DNA of 64,000 bases, taken from contig CM035361.1 in assembly GCA_020137815.1 (NCBI GenBank), forward strand, positions 1,674,001-1,738,000. The letters run 5' to 3'. Positions within the stretch are counted from its first letter, which is position 1. The number at the start of each line of letters is the position of its first letter. A model generated the notes under the pieces. That model did not search any database, had not been told where the DNA came from, and was given only the letters and a program-made list of their open reading frames with translations. Origin of the DNA: Hormiphora californensis. Taxonomy: Eukaryota > Animalia > Ctenophora. This document shows positions 62,822 to 64,000 of the stretch, piece after piece. Position numbers and translations under genes: made by a program.

Positions 62822-63780
62822 TCTATATTATAAAGCAGAGAACAGTGCAAGACAAAATTTGGAGGAGGGGGTTTTAGGGTTTGCACGTGGAAAATTGGCG
62901 TGTTGTTAGGGGTGGTTGGTGGGGGGTTTGGGGAGTTGCCATGATGGTGGGCAAGAGTGTTAATACTGCACGTGCATGTTGTTGGGTGTTGTATTGCGTG
63001 TTCCTGTGGTGTTTTGTGGTGTTTGGCCATCTACTGCTGCGGCCCCGATAAATGCCAATGCTTTTCTACCAACGTATCCCTCTACACAGCTCCAGTTATA
63101 CGGATCTTTATCACCTGATTCGGTATGTTCTTCAGCAGTACTCTAAAGATTTCCCTGTACCAGCTCCCATATTCACCAGCCCGATATGAAGAGACGACGA
63201 TAGAGAGAAAGAGGGGGAGAGAGAGATAGATAGATATATAGATAGATAGATAGATAGAGAGAGCGAGAGAGAGAAAGAGAAAGAGAGAGAGAGGGGGAAT
63301 CGAATGATGGGGTAAGTGGGATAGAGAGAGAGAGGGGGATAGGGGGATAGATGGAGACTATCCATTGGAGAGGGGACTTGGAAAGAGAGGGAGATGGAGA
63401 GGGGGAAAGAGAGACATATAATAGACGGGGGGGGGGTGTTGTAGGACTCCAACTGGCTGTAAGGGGGTTATGGGGTGATTTGGTTAACATAGCCCGGGGG
63501 CGGGGGAAGGAGGGTGTTGAGGAATGAGTATTCAATAATGTGGGGCGAAAGCAGTCAATAGATATTGAAAGGATTTGATAGGGGTGGGGGGGGGGGAGTC
63601 AGTAGGGGGCGAGAGGAGTTTTGGGTCTTTTGCCTGGGCTCTCTAGTCTATATTATAAAGCAGAGATGGTTGCAAGACAATTGGTTTTTGGGGGGTTTTT
63701 AGGGCTTGCACGTGGAAAATTGGCATGTTGTTAGGGGTGGTTGGTGGGGTTTGGGGCGTGCACGTGCGTGTGTAAAGCCT
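62822..63780 (+). mobile_element. Diverged Helitron units of the same family, again head-to-tail
   Basis: TCTATATTATAAAG start at 62822. Junction GGGCTCTCTAG|TCTATATTATAAAG at 63646/63647. Interior homologous to the 59972 units. Confidence 0.7.
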
Positions 63781-64000
63781 TTCTAATGTTGGAAATTCAT
63801 GGCTCTTTTGAAAGAGCTTGATATTATCTTTCCAATGAGCTTTGGTATTTTGAAATTGGTTGCGAAATGACAGAGTTATGGCGAAAATGGTGAAAAATTA
63901 GGGAAAATTTGGGGTTCTGAACTGCACTTCAGATCACAGATTGAGAGAGGAGTGAGGGGAGTATTCAGTATGGCGTTAGGGGAGTGAATTGAGGGTAAGA

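Noticed and set aside
63132-63180. GAGTGKS Walker-A-like peptide in the Helitron unit
   Set aside because: Antisense to the element, followed almost immediately by a stop, and not conserved in the other units; probably chance.

Overview
Eukaryotic (animal) genomic DNA with compact, intron-rich genes. The iGluR features and a lineage-restricted secreted-protein domain suggest a ctenophore such as a Pleurobrachia-type draft assembly (inference). Left to right: the 3' half of STRIP1/FAM40 (+) with an intronic tRNA-like gene; PINCH/LIMS (+); an ionotropic glutamate receptor (-); an F-type lectin gene split by a MITE (+); a secreted SRCR-like protein (+); a gamma-butyrobetaine dioxygenase (+); a palindromic Penelope-like GIY-YIG insertion with a hammerhead ribozyme in each arm; and an F-box/WD40 gene (-) whose introns hold a near full-length CR1-group LINE, a nested antisense gene, Helitrons and MITEs. 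Two blocks (~10.3-12.4 kb, ~26.3-29.8 kb) are homopolymer-corrupted, low-quality sequence. The most notable observations are: (1) tandem arrays that copy splice junctions, including ~18 copies of the iGluR pore-exon acceptor that differ almost only at synonymous positions; (2) a DNA transposon inserted into a STRIP1 exon that supplies its own splice donor; (3) head-to-tail Helitron concatemers; (4) the foldback Penelope element with hammerheads; (5) a hAT-type excision footprint that frameshifts the LINE. Exon coordinates were read by eye and may be off by a few bases.
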